A stretch of 64,000 bases of DNA. Source: an uncultured Pseudomonadales bacterium (GTDB lineage: Bacteria > Patescibacteriota > Microgenomatia > UBA1400 > Chazhemtobacteraceae). A model generated the notes under the pieces. That model saw only the letters and a list, made by a program, of their open reading frames with translations, did no database searches and was not told where the DNA came from. The stretch spans positions 10,236-74,235 of the forward strand of contig CAZUBK010000003.1 of assembly GCA_964618725.1 (NCBI GenBank), read 5' to 3'. This document shows positions 29,159 through 39,378 of the stretch, one piece after another; the first letter of the stretch is position 1; the number at the start of each line of letters is the position of its first letter. The position numbers and the translations under genes are program-made.

Positions 29159-30043
29159 ATGCCAAACACAAAACCCCTTTTCTCTGTCATCATTCCCAGC
29201 CTCAACGAAGAGAAGTTCCTTCCCCGGCTCTTAGAAGATCTTGGCCACCAAACCAGTAATAACTTTGAAGTCATCCACGTCGATGGTAAGTCTGAAGATG
29301 CCACTCTCCACCTCGCCAAAGGCTACGAAAAAAGTCTTCCCAGTTTTATCCAAATTATCTCACCCATTCGAAATGTTAGCCATCAAAGAAATCTTGGTGC
29401 CAAGGCCTCTCAGGGCCAATTCCTTCTCTTCATCGATGCCGACACTCAACTCCCTCAATATTTTCTCGAAGGCCTCTCTTTTCAACTCCACAAGGATCCC
29501 GCAGATATCTTTACCACCTGGGCCATCCCTGATTCCAAAAAAACCGCTGATCAAGCCCTCATTACCCTCATTAATTTCGGTCTGGAAATCAGCAAGTTTG
29601 TCGAATCTCCCATCGCCGTCGGCGTCTTCATGGGCTGCTCTGCCGCGTCTTTCCAGACAATTGGAGGCTTCCCCGAAGATGTCAAATACGGTGAGGACGA
29701 AGATTTTGTCAAAACAGGCTTCAAAAAGAAACTTGATTTCAAAATCTACCAAGAACCGCGTTTTATCTACTCACTCCGCCGTTTCCGCAAAGAAGGGACT
29801 CTTACCACTCTCCAACAAATGGCTAGTAAACGTCTCCATGCCCTCACAGGCAACAGTAAGAGCTCAATTTTCAAACCCAAAGGCTATGCCATGGGCGGTC
29901 ATATTTTTGCCAGTGATGACCCTAATCAGACCCTTCTCGATCGCATCGATCTCTTTATTCATGACCTCAAAGACAAAGCCCTCCCCAAAAAACGCCAACA
30001 AAAGATAAAAGCTTTTCTTAAGAAACTCTCCACCGATCTCTAG
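29159..30043 (+). CDS. Family 2 glycosyltransferase
   Basis: FSVIIPSLNEE and DAD (FIDADT) motifs of GT-A fold. Confidence 0.7.
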   Translation: MPNTKPLFSVIIPSLNEEKFLPRLLEDLGHQTSNNFEVIHVDGKSEDATLHLAKGYEKSLPSFIQIISPIRNVSHQRNLGAKASQGQFLLFIDADTQLPQYFLEGLSFQLHKDPADIFTTWAIPDSKKTADQALITLINFGLEISKFVESPIAVGVFMGCSAASFQTIGGFPEDVKYGEDEDFVKTGFKKKLDFKIYQEPRFIYSLRRFRKEGTLTTLQQMASKRLHALTGNSKSSIFKPKGYAMGGHIFASDDPNQTLLDRIDLFIHDLKDKALPKKRQQKIKAFLKKLSTDL

Positions 30044-30046
30044 TCT

Positions 30047-31033
30047 TCACTCAAAGCTATTTGTCCGCAAAAACTCAGCCAGGACAAACAATCCGTATAT
30101 AAATATCAACACTCCTCCCTCTACCGCCGTCAAACGCCTTTTGCTTTTCGAAAAGATCCAGAATGCGCCAAAGACTATTAAGTAAGTCAAACTAGCTATA
30201 AGGTATGAGTCAATCGTCTGCACCTCTATTGGCGAGATTAAAACAGTTAATCCAATAATTAACGTAGAGTTGGCTACCGTACTTCCCAGTAAGTTGCCAA
30301 AAATCAAAGCCACCTCTCGTCGTCTCACCGCCGCTATCTCCACCACTAGCTCCGGCAGGCTTGTTCCTACCGCCACCAAAATCAGCCCAATCAGTAGCGT
30401 CGGCACTCCCAATTCCAATGATATTTGGCTGGCCATTTTTACCACCAGGTCAGCTGATAACAAGAGTATCGCCATTCCGAATAACACCTTGGCCACCGGC
30501 CGTCTTCCACTTGTTCCGATCAATTTGAGACTCCTAAGCAGCCTACCCCGTCTTTCCTCCATTTCTCGTTTAACTGACTCAACATGCCTCCTCCTAAGCA
30601 CTCCCACCACATAGTAACCATAAATCACAATCAATGCCAAACCATCCACCCGGGAAAGAGTTCCATCCAGAATCAAAAAAACCGGCAACATCCCCGCTAA
30701 AAACGCATACCAAAAGTCTTTCTTCAAGTACCCACCCACAATCGGTATCGATCCGCCAATTACAGTCGCTATTCCCATTACCAAAGAAATATTGGCAATG
30801 TTACTCCCCAGTACGTTTCCAAGAGAAAGGCTTGGCTCTCCACTCAAAGCTGCTGTAACTCCCACAAACAATTCAGGAAAAGAAGTCGAAAGTGCTAATA
30901 CTACGACAGACAGGGCGTATTTGCCAACTCTGACTTTCCTCGATAGTTCACTCAGCCCCTCCACCACCAACTCGGTTGTTTTCGCTAACACTCCTGTCGC
31001 CAACAGTAAAATGGCTACTCTGATCCACAACAT
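30047..31033 (-). CDS. Ca2+/Na+ (CaCA family) antiporter
   Basis: Two alpha-repeat motifs, GTSFPELFV and GTSLPELVV. About 10 TM. Confidence 0.7.
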   Translation of the reverse strand: MLWIRVAILLLATGVLAKTTELVVEGLSELSRKVRVGKYALSVVVLALSTSFPELFVGVTAALSGEPSLSLGNVLGSNIANISLVMGIATVIGGSIPIVGGYLKKDFWYAFLAGMLPVFLILDGTLSRVDGLALIVIYGYYVVGVLRRRHVESVKREMEERRGRLLRSLKLIGTSGRRPVAKVLFGMAILLLSADLVVKMASQISLELGVPTLLIGLILVAVGTSLPELVVEIAAVRRREVALIFGNLLGSTVANSTLIIGLTVLISPIEVQTIDSYLIASLTYLIVFGAFWIFSKSKRRLTAVEGGVLIFIYGLFVLAEFLRTNSFE

Positions 31034-31050
31034 ACCCCTATTTTAAACTG

Positions 31051-33597
31051 TTAGCGTCTCTTTCCGTATACAGATTTAACTCCCTCAACTAGCGTCATCA
31101 ACACCGCTGACCCCGCCAAAATCACCAGCCACTGCCGCAAATCCAACGGCGTCGTCCCAAATATCCTCTGTAGTATCGGCACATATATCACGGCTAACTG
31201 CATCGCCATACCCATTACTACACCACCGATCAACCACCAATTTCTAAAAAGGTTGACTTTCCAAATTGGTAAGGAAATCGACCTACTTGAGAAAACGTAA
31301 AACAAAGAACTCACTCCAAGCATGGTAAATGCTACTGTTCTCGCCTCCATCAATCCATATTTGACATTTCCCCAAAAGTATCCAAAGGCAAGCAACGTCA
31401 TCACCGCCGCCGCCACTGAAATTAATGCGATCAACAATAACACTTCACCATCAATCAATCTCCCACCGCGCTTCTTGGGCAATTGTTTAAGTAGTCCCGC
31501 TTCTTTGGGCTCCATCGTTAAAGCCAAATTAGGGAATCCGTCCGAGACTAAATTGATCCATAGAATTTGCGTTGCCAAGATCGGCAATGGCCATCGCAGC
31601 ACAAGACTCACGATAACTACCATTATCTCAGCAAATGCGTCAGACAAAAGATAGATAATTATCTTCTTTAAGTTATCAAAAATTCCCCTCCCCTCCTCGA
31701 TCGCGTGCACAATCGTCGCAAAGTTGTTGTCCAATAAGACCAGATCAGCCGTTTCCTTTGCCACATCACTCGCTCCCTCCACCACTATCCCTATATCTGC
31801 CTTTGCCAATGCCGGAGCATCGTTTACCCCATCACCCGTCATTGCCACCACCAACCCTTTTCTTTGAAGCGACTCAACTATTCGCAGTTTTTGATCCGGT
31901 TTGGTCCGAGCAAACAAAACAATTCCTTCAATCCGATCATCCAGCTCTTCATCAGCCAATCCTTCCAAGTCATCTCCACTCATCATCTTTTCTCCCTCAC
32001 CACTCTTCAATAACCCAATCTGTCGAAGTACCGCCGCCGCCGTCTCGACATAGTCTCCCGTAATCACCTTCACCTTTATATTCGCCTCTTGTAACTGCTT
32101 AATCAGTCCAGCAACTCCTTCCCTCACCGGATCCTCGTATACCAAAATACCTAACCAAACCAGATGACTAAGGTCACTTTCTTCTACTTTCGATCTTCGA
32201 CCCTTCATTTCTCTCTCACCGAAACCAATCAATCGATGTCCCCTACTTGCCAACTCTCTAAATTTCTCCTCCCATAAGAGCTTCTTGCTAGCTGTCATTT
32301 TGCACCTCTCCAATATCGTTTCCGGAGCACCCGACATGAACAACAGTCTTTTCTCTCCGTCTTTATGTAGAGTCGCAATGAAGCGATACTTTGAGCTAAA
32401 CGGGATACTGTCCACCCGCTCAAACCTCCGCCTCCACATCTCTACTTTCTCACTTCCGTTCTCACGCTCCGCCCACTTCCTCATTCCCACTTCAAGCGGG
32501 TCCCTTCCGTCATTACATAGAATGGCCGCTTTGAACAGATTCTCTTTTAGGGTGCTGCTCTCTTTTCCATTTAAGTCCAAAAGCGATCCCGTCACTCGCA
32601 TCACTCCTTCTGTCAAGGTTCCTGTTTTATCTGCACAGATTACATTGACACTTCCCAACGTCTCCGCCGATGTCAGCTCTCTCACTACCGCTCTTTGTTT
32701 CAGAATTCGTTGCATTCCAATCGCCAAAATCACTGTTAGCGACACCAGTAATCCCTCGGGTATCGCTCCCACCGCCAAGGCTACTGTTGTCGGAAAGATC
32801 TCCACAAAACTGTCTCCCACTACCAATCCCACCACCAGCACTGCTACCGAGGTCACAATGACCAAGGCTGCTAGGTATGAAGCCAATTGTTTGACATTCT
32901 TCTGAAGTGGCGTCAATTCAGTCCTCGATTCCTTAAGCGACAGTGCAATTTTCCCCATTTCTGTCTCCTGCCCCACCCGAAGCACTAACATTTTCCCCAC
33001 TCCCACTTCCACTTTTGTCCCCATCGACACCTTGAACTTGTTCTCAACGTTATCAAAACTTTTCCTAAGCTCTATCACCAGTGACCCCGTATCCATATTA
33101 TCTGTCAACGGATAATCCATCTTCTCCACCGAAACACTTTCCCCCGTCAAAATCGACTCATCACAAAAAAGACTGTCTTCTTCTAGAACAACACCATCCG
33201 CCGCCACCTTATGTAGATCCGACATGAAGACTATATCACCCACCACCACTTCATCAACCAGAATTTCCTTCTCTCTCCCTTCTCGTATCACCAAGACCTT
33301 TGGTGTCAGGATCTTCTTTAGGGCAAAGAGACTCTTCTCTGCCCGATATTCTTGAAAGAAACCGAGCAAAGTATTCACTATCACTGCAACCAAGATCACG
33401 CCCATATCTACGTATTCACCCAAGAAGTATGTAATTACGGCTGCCACCAACAAGATATACACCAAAGGAGATTTGAATTGACTCAATAATATTCTCAACC
33501 ACACCAGTCTCTTCCCACCGGGGATTAGATTTGACCCAAATCTCCGTCTGTTCTCCTCTACTTCTGTTTGATTCAATCCTTGCATGATTTTCTCCAT
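31051..33597 (-). CDS. Cation-transporting P-type ATPase (P2-type, Ca2+/Mg2+-like)
   Basis: CADKTGTLT phosphorylation motif, TGES, MTGDGVNDAPAL. 848 aa. Confidence 0.85.
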   Translation of the reverse strand: MEKIMQGLNQTEVEENRRRFGSNLIPGGKRLVWLRILLSQFKSPLVYILLVAAVITYFLGEYVDMGVILVAVIVNTLLGFFQEYRAEKSLFALKKILTPKVLVIREGREKEILVDEVVVGDIVFMSDLHKVAADGVVLEEDSLFCDESILTGESVSVEKMDYPLTDNMDTGSLVIELRKSFDNVENKFKVSMGTKVEVGVGKMLVLRVGQETEMGKIALSLKESRTELTPLQKNVKQLASYLAALVIVTSVAVLVVGLVVGDSFVEIFPTTVALAVGAIPEGLLVSLTVILAIGMQRILKQRAVVRELTSAETLGSVNVICADKTGTLTEGVMRVTGSLLDLNGKESSTLKENLFKAAILCNDGRDPLEVGMRKWAERENGSEKVEMWRRRFERVDSIPFSSKYRFIATLHKDGEKRLLFMSGAPETILERCKMTASKKLLWEEKFRELASRGHRLIGFGEREMKGRRSKVEESDLSHLVWLGILVYEDPVREGVAGLIKQLQEANIKVKVITGDYVETAAAVLRQIGLLKSGEGEKMMSGDDLEGLADEELDDRIEGIVLFARTKPDQKLRIVESLQRKGLVVAMTGDGVNDAPALAKADIGIVVEGASDVAKETADLVLLDNNFATIVHAIEEGRGIFDNLKKIIIYLLSDAFAEIMVVIVSLVLRWPLPILATQILWINLVSDGFPNLALTMEPKEAGLLKQLPKKRGGRLIDGEVLLLIALISVAAAVMTLLAFGYFWGNVKYGLMEARTVAFTMLGVSSLFYVFSSRSISLPIWKVNLFRNWWLIGGVVMGMAMQLAVIYVPILQRIFGTTPLDLRQWLVILAGSAVLMTLVEGVKSVYGKRR

Positions 33598-33667
33598 CAG
33601 CTTATCCTAACAAAATTCAACCACTAATAAGGCTTCCCTACGATTCCTTTCTTTTGGCGACGCAATG

Positions 33668-34348
33668 TTACTTCTTTGAGATTTTGTGTCCTTTAGTGAA
33701 GTCGGTCACTACATGACTTTTCTCTTGTTTTGCCTTTAACCACTCAATTCCAATCGGAACGACTGAGATAAGCACTATTACCACCATTACATAATGAAAA
33801 TTCTTCTCCACAAACGGAACCCCACCAAAGAAGTATCCCGACCAAAGAAACAGACTTACCCAAAGGAATCCGCCCAACAGATTGTAAGCAATAAATCGCT
33901 TGTACTCCATCTTCCCTATTCCCGCCACAAAGGGAGCAAAAGTTCTCACAATCGGCACAAATCGCGCCAGTACAATCGCCTTTCCCCCATGCTTATCATA
34001 AAACTTCTGTGCCTTATGCAGATATTCTTTCTTCAAGAACTTATACCTCCCCTCAAACGCTACTGGTCCGACATAATGTCCGATCCAGTAATTGACGGTA
34101 TCACCCAAGAAAGCTGCAATTAACAGCAGGATGTAAATTAACACCTGATCAAATGCCCCTCTAGCTGCAAAGACTCCCGTCGCAAAGATCAATGAGTCTC
34201 CCGGTAGAAAAGGTGTGACTACAAAACCCGTCTCCATAAAAATAACCATGAACAAGATGCCGTAGGTTAATACACCATAGGTAGAAATCACCCACTCTAA
34301 GTTCTTATCTATATGCAAAAAGAAATCTACAATAGTTTTTACAATCAT
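33668..34348 (-). CDS. DedA family membrane protein
   Basis: PGDSLIFATG-type DedA motif. 226 aa, multi-TM. Confidence 0.65.
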   Translation of the reverse strand: MIVKTIVDFFLHIDKNLEWVISTYGVLTYGILFMVIFMETGFVVTPFLPGDSLIFATGVFAARGAFDQVLIYILLLIAAFLGDTVNYWIGHYVGPVAFEGRYKFLKKEYLHKAQKFYDKHGGKAIVLARFVPIVRTFAPFVAGIGKMEYKRFIAYNLLGGFLWVSLFLWSGYFFGGVPFVEKNFHYVMVVIVLISVVPIGIEWLKAKQEKSHVVTDFTKGHKISKK

Positions 34349-34360
34349 CCTTTAATCCTA

Positions 34361-36061
34361 CTACATTGTCCTCACTTCCTCTACCGACGTCACTTCATTC
34401 AAACTTTTATCATCCCTAAACCTGACTAATCGAGGGAACCTCAATGCCACTCCGCCACTATGAATCGGCGATCGGGTTATCTCATCCGCCGCTATCTCCA
34501 CCACCAATCCGGGATCAACCCAAACATCTGGGTATAGATTCTTGTCTACTACGTACTCTTTCGGCCTAGTGGTACGTATTAACCTGTCCAACCTCTTCTT
34601 CATTTCCCTAAACTGCTCATCTGACAATCCCGTCCCTATCTTGGCAATTGTGACTACTTCATCTCCCCTTCTCACTCCCACCAGGAAAGCACCCAAACCA
34701 AAGATAGATCGCTTACCTCTGCCAGCATAATAGCCCATCACTACACAATCCAAAGTATCCGAAAGTTTTGCTTTCGCTTCTTCTACTTCCTTCATCTTCA
34801 CCCACCTCCAGCCCGTTCTCCCCGGTACGTATTTGCTTCCTAACATTTTCACCACCACTCCTTCTAGTCCTTGTTTCAATAATTCACGATGCGTCTTCTC
34901 AATTTTTTCCGCCTCATCAGTCGTCCAGTAATCATCGACCACTAACAGTCTTTTGTCCTTTATCGTTTCTTTTAAAATCCTCCGCCTTTCTTCATAGGTC
35001 TTGTCAATCAAACTCTTGCCGTTCTTGTACATCACATCAAAAACAAAGAACTTTAATGGCACCTTTTCCGCTTGTTCACCTATCCCATGTTTTCTTTTTC
35101 TGGTAATTGTCATCTGAAAAGACAACATTTTCTTGGTTGTAGGATCAAATCCAACTGCTTCACTGTCCAACACCAGTTCGTCTGCTGATACATCCTCTCC
35201 CATTTTTGCCAACTCGGGAAACATGTGACTTACTTCTTCTAAGTTTCTCGTAAAAACTCTGACAAAACCTTTCCCTCCCCTCCTAAAATGAATCTGAGCC
35301 CTAAGCCCGTCAAACTTCGGCTCCACTGCCACCTCGCCCATTTTCTTCACCATCTCTTTTGGCGACTTAAGTCTTTGGCACAACATCGGGCTAATCGGTA
35401 TCCCTAGTGTCGCCTCAATCTCTACCATCGCCCGTTCAATCCCTTTTTTCTTGATATCCTCTACCAACTGTCCAATATCTGGCTTAATTTGGTAAGCCAG
35501 CTCCAGTTGATCCTTCAGACTCTTGTCTCCCCTTTCCATCACTGATATGGCATCTAAAATCGTCTTGTCCGAAAAGCCCAATCTTAGTTTTCCCATTACA
35601 ATCCTCACCACATACCGGGCTGACAATGACTCCATCTTCTGAATTAATCTCGCCAAACCTTCTATCTTTCTTTCTTGAGAACCCGCCCCCTCATCCCCCG
35701 CTATCTCCATTAATCGCCGATATACTCCACTTACATCACCCTCACCCCTTTCCGATGGCTGCATTTCACTTAGTTTCTCCGCCACCACTCCTAAGTCACC
35801 CAACTGTTTGTATAGTTTCCCCACCCTCTCTTCCGTAACTACAAAGCCACTTGCCAACGACTTCTGCACTTGTTTTTCTGCTAGATTAAACTGCACCCTG
35901 GCAAACGACGGCCCCAGTTGACCTAAAGAGAGATAGATAAGTGGTTTCACCTCTGACTCATCCACGTTCTTCAGTAGATTGGCCAATATCTCCGTCATCG
36001 TGTTTCTCGACGCCGTGTTTTCCAACTCTCTAAATATCTCCGCTAACTCTATGAATTTCAC
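34361..36061 (-). CDS. ATP-dependent DNA ligase
   Basis: EPKFDGLRAQIH (KxDG adenylation motif I). N-terminal DNA-binding domain plus adenylation/OB domain layout. Confidence 0.8.
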   Translation of the reverse strand: MKFIELAEIFRELENTASRNTMTEILANLLKNVDESEVKPLIYLSLGQLGPSFARVQFNLAEKQVQKSLASGFVVTEERVGKLYKQLGDLGVVAEKLSEMQPSERGEGDVSGVYRRLMEIAGDEGAGSQERKIEGLARLIQKMESLSARYVVRIVMGKLRLGFSDKTILDAISVMERGDKSLKDQLELAYQIKPDIGQLVEDIKKKGIERAMVEIEATLGIPISPMLCQRLKSPKEMVKKMGEVAVEPKFDGLRAQIHFRRGGKGFVRVFTRNLEEVSHMFPELAKMGEDVSADELVLDSEAVGFDPTTKKMLSFQMTITRKRKHGIGEQAEKVPLKFFVFDVMYKNGKSLIDKTYEERRRILKETIKDKRLLVVDDYWTTDEAEKIEKTHRELLKQGLEGVVVKMLGSKYVPGRTGWRWVKMKEVEEAKAKLSDTLDCVVMGYYAGRGKRSIFGLGAFLVGVRRGDEVVTIAKIGTGLSDEQFREMKKRLDRLIRTTRPKEYVVDKNLYPDVWVDPGLVVEIAADEITRSPIHSGGVALRFPRLVRFRDDKSLNEVTSVEEVRTM

Positions 36062-37164
36062 CTTATTAAACTCTTAAGGATATATTTAGCTCCTTTGGTT
36101 CTTCCTTTCTTTCTAACTAATCCTTTCTTAATTAATCCTTTCAGATCTCTTAAGATTGTATCATCGCTCACCTCGGCAAACACCGCTCTCATCTGTATCA
36201 AAGTAATCCAGTCTTTTGCTTCCATATAACTTATCAAGTTTATCTGCCGCTCATTCAAAGCAATTTGCCGATTCAGTCTCTCCTGCACCTGAAGATCTAC
36301 TGTCAACCGTCTCACTTTTTGTTTTGTTTTTTCTGTTTCGTCCCGTAGCAGCTCACTCCACATCTCCATCCAAGCCGTCAGATCCATCTCTTTTTCCGCC
36401 TGCACTAGCGCTTGATACCAATCTAACAAGTTCTCTGATCTGACTTCTTCAAGTCCCACTAGTCTCCTCTCCGACAGCCCCTCGATCGCCAACATAAAAA
36501 AGACAAAGGCCCGAGTGATTACATTACTCTTCGTCCTAAAGGGATAAACCCTACTCAGCTCAAAATCAGTTATCGCCACTTTCAACACCGGGTGTAATTC
36601 TCTTGCCTCTCTCGTGTTCAACCAAGCAAATAGATCATTAATCTGAAAACTTACTTCAACCGCATTCGGTGGTCGAAAAACAAAATTACCCATCCCCACC
36701 TCACCAAGTTGCTCCTTTCTCCACTCCCCAATCTCTTCCACAGAAACCAATTTCTCTAAGATCAATGTCTCTATCTGTAATAGCAACTCCTTACTATAGA
36801 TATAGCTCCCTCCTCTCCGTCTCTGCATCACTATCCATTGATCAATAATCTTCAACCCATTTCTTAAATTCATCACTTCCTGCACTTCACTCTCTCGTCC
36901 TCTTATCCCTACTCTCGCTCCTATTTCCGAAGCAACATCTCCTCTTAATGGGTCCTCTTGGATGATTTTCTCAATTTGATGCTGATCTAACCCGTTCCCT
37001 TCTACCCTAAGGCTAAACAGTATCTGTTTCACTATTACTTCTTCTCGCAATTTCATTTCCCAAGAACTTACCAGGGGAGTTATTCCAATCAACTCTTTCG
37101 CCGCTTCAATTCTAGCTACATCAACAAGTGTTTTGTTACTTATTCTAAACCGAGGAAAATACAT
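36058..37164 (-). CDS. Fic-family-like protein with degenerate catalytic motif and C-terminal winged-helix
   Basis: SLRVEG matches the Fic inhibitory-helix motif [ST]xxxE[GN]. The position of HPFx[DE]GNGR is occupied by YPFRTKSNVITR. Basic wHTH-like C-terminus. Confidence 0.4.
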   Translation of the reverse strand: MYFPRFRISNKTLVDVARIEAAKELIGITPLVSSWEMKLREEVIVKQILFSLRVEGNGLDQHQIEKIIQEDPLRGDVASEIGARVGIRGRESEVQEVMNLRNGLKIIDQWIVMQRRRGGSYIYSKELLLQIETLILEKLVSVEEIGEWRKEQLGEVGMGNFVFRPPNAVEVSFQINDLFAWLNTREARELHPVLKVAITDFELSRVYPFRTKSNVITRAFVFFMLAIEGLSERRLVGLEEVRSENLLDWYQALVQAEKEMDLTAWMEMWSELLRDETEKTKQKVRRLTVDLQVQERLNRQIALNERQINLISYMEAKDWITLIQMRAVFAEVSDDTILRDLKGLIKKGLVRKKGRTKGAKYILKSLIR

Positions 37165-37264
37165 CTTCCAATTCTCGCAGATTATGCGGCAAAAAGCAAT
37201 TTATTCTAATTTACCTGGTCATTTTATGCTAAAATAGACAGGTACTTTAATTGGAGGTGTCACA

Positions 37265-37672
37265 GTGAAGAAAAAAATTCTTTTTTCTCTCTCCGCTTTA
37301 TTCTTTCTTTGTATTTTGATTCTCTTTCTCGTTCTCTTTTTTTCTCCAAGCTGTACGCCAGGCGATCCTTACGCCAATCCACCGATACCCAGCCTTACAG
37401 AGCCGAGTTGTAGTTTTAATACCCCATTCCGCTCCTTACCACATTTAGATGGTTCATTCTCATTGTCCTCGCCAAGAATTTACCTTAGTTTTTGGTGGTT
37501 CTACAAACCATTTTCTCTAGACTCTTATCTTGGTTTTAGAAGCTGCTCTGACTTTTTGACAAATTCATCTGTTTACTCTTGTTCTAAATTGTCATTCAGT
37601 GTCAACTCCAATGATAGCCATACCGGTTTCTACTACGACACCATTCAAGGTTTCGACATAATTAGTAACTAA
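37265..37672 (+). CDS. Small secreted Cys-rich protein (GTG start)
   Basis: GGAGGTG SD then GTG. Signal peptide MKKKILFSLSALFFLCILILFLVLFFSPSC. Six Cys. Hairpin terminator at 37686..37706. Confidence 0.45.
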   Translation: MKKKILFSLSALFFLCILILFLVLFFSPSCTPGDPYANPPIPSLTEPSCSFNTPFRSLPHLDGSFSLSSPRIYLSFWWFYKPFSLDSYLGFRSCSDFLTNSSVYSCSKLSFSVNSNDSHTGFYYDTIQGFDIISN

Positions 37673-37723
37673 ATTGAGTCTATCAAAGCCCGATCTCGGG
37701 CTTTTTCCGTGTAAGATACATCT

Positions 37724-38047
37724 ATGTCCAAAAAAATCACTCCCCCCGATTCTATTCTCGACCTTCCCCAAGCCGTCGTGAAACAGATGCTCACCCTAGC
37801 CACTTCAGGTTTCGGCCTCGTTGCCGCCCTCGCCTGGAATGAAGTTGTTCGTGAAACCGTTGATATCTACATCAGACCTTACTTCCCCGAAAGTTATGGT
37901 CTTATTTCACTGACTATCTATGCTGTTGCCATCACTGCCCTAGCCGTTCTTGTCACTCTCCAACTAACCCAGCTACAAACTACCTTCCTGACAAAAAAGA
38001 AAAACCAGCACAGAACCAAAATCAACAGCAAACCTAAGAAGAAGTAA
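37724..38047 (+). CDS. Small membrane protein (107 aa)
   Basis: Two hydrophobic helices and a basic C-terminus. Confidence 0.4.
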   Translation: MSKKITPPDSILDLPQAVVKQMLTLATSGFGLVAALAWNEVVRETVDIYIRPYFPESYGLISLTIYAVAITALAVLVTLQLTQLQTTFLTKKKNQHRTKINSKPKKK

Positions 38048-38105
38048 CTATTGAGTCTATAGGCCATCTGTGATAAGATAATCCGTACACATAAAGGAGT
38101 GTTTA

Positions 38106-38435
38106 ATGCATCAAGAAGCTCTTCACGAAGCTCTCAACCTTCTTAGCGAGGCCATTAAGGCCATGCGCGTTAAGGGCCTTTGGGAAACCGAAGGACTCAA
38201 CATTACCATTAAACTACAAACTCAATGGCTAGATATCCAGCGATGTCCGTGGCCTGGTTGCAAAGAAGGACGAGCCGACCATAATTTATGGGAAGTTTCG
38301 AGCCACACCATGGTAGTAGTTCCAGAGATTCTTTTACATTACGCAGAAGCCGGACACTGGATCTCCTACACCGATATGTCCGCTAAAGACCAAAAGACCT
38401 TAATCAGTATCTTCATCATTGGATATAAGTTCTAG
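38106..38435 (+). CDS. Hypothetical protein (109 aa)
   Basis: ORF followed by hairpin terminator at 38445..38471. Confidence 0.4.
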   Translation: MHQEALHEALNLLSEAIKAMRVKGLWETEGLNITIKLQTQWLDIQRCPWPGCKEGRADHNLWEVSSHTMVVVPEILLHYAEAGHWISYTDMSAKDQKTLISIFIIGYKF

Positions 38436-38461
38436 TCGCATTAAGAGCCCTCATTGAGGGC

Positions 38462-39343
38462 TCATCTTTTTAGCAATCTTCCCCACGTCTTCGGTACCTG
38501 CTCCGCCACATCGTCAGCATTAAACATTAGTCCTCTTTCTTTTTCAAGCTCTTCTCCCACCCGTTTTACCAAGAAATTGGCTGCTGCCGCCGATAGTAAG
38601 CTTCCATTCTTCGCCAATAGTGCTGTTGTCAATCCCGCCACAATATCCCCCGTCCCACCCTTAGTCAGACCGACGCTCCCTCCATCTACCCAAATAGTCT
38701 TACTCCCATCGCTAACAATACTCGTTGGCCCCTTCAGGGCAATCACACAGTCGTATTCACTAGCCTTTCTCTCTACCTGTTTAGTCGTTTTTTCCATATC
38801 TGCCATCTCTACCCACTCACCAAATAACATTCCAAATTCCTTCGTGTTTGGTGTCAACACCGCTCCTCTAGGGATACTTGTCGCCTTAATCACCTGTAGA
38901 CTCCCCCCATCGATCACCCACTTCTTGTCCGGAAACTTCTTTAACAACTTCTCAGTCAATTCTTTTGTCTCCCTACCCGCTTGATCACAAACCGCACCGT
39001 TATGATCTCCTTTCTCACTTCGATACCGCATCAGACCAGGTCCAATCAAAATTGCATCACTTTTCCTGATATATGTTTCCAAATCTTCATAGGGAATCCA
39101 GATAAATGAACCCAAACTAGACTTTATTCTCTCTACTACCCTCTTATCATTCGCTGGCGATGCAAAAAAGACCATATCCATCAGTCGAGACGCCGCTTTC
39201 AATGCCAGAATCGGCGCTCCATGAAACAACTCCGATCCTCCAATTATTGTTATCTGGCCATTACTAAACTTAACTGCCGTTTTTTCTGGTCGCCACAGTT
39301 CTTTTAGTTGACTCGCCCCAAATTTCTGTACTTTCATAGACAA
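38462..39343 (-). CDS. ADP-dependent NAD(P)H-hydrate dehydratase (YjeF C-terminal domain)
   Basis: GPGL and GGSVGLTKGGTGD motifs of carbohydrate-kinase-like Nnr2. Confidence 0.75.
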   Translation of the reverse strand: MSMKVQKFGASQLKELWRPEKTAVKFSNGQITIIGGSELFHGAPILALKAASRLMDMVFFASPANDKRVVERIKSSLGSFIWIPYEDLETYIRKSDAILIGPGLMRYRSEKGDHNGAVCDQAGRETKELTEKLLKKFPDKKWVIDGGSLQVIKATSIPRGAVLTPNTKEFGMLFGEWVEMADMEKTTKQVERKASEYDCVIALKGPTSIVSDGSKTIWVDGGSVGLTKGGTGDIVAGLTTALLAKNGSLLSAAAANFLVKRVGEELEKERGLMFNADDVAEQVPKTWGRLLKR

Positions 39344-39378
39344 ATTCTATATCAAAATTACTTAGAGTTCAAGATACA

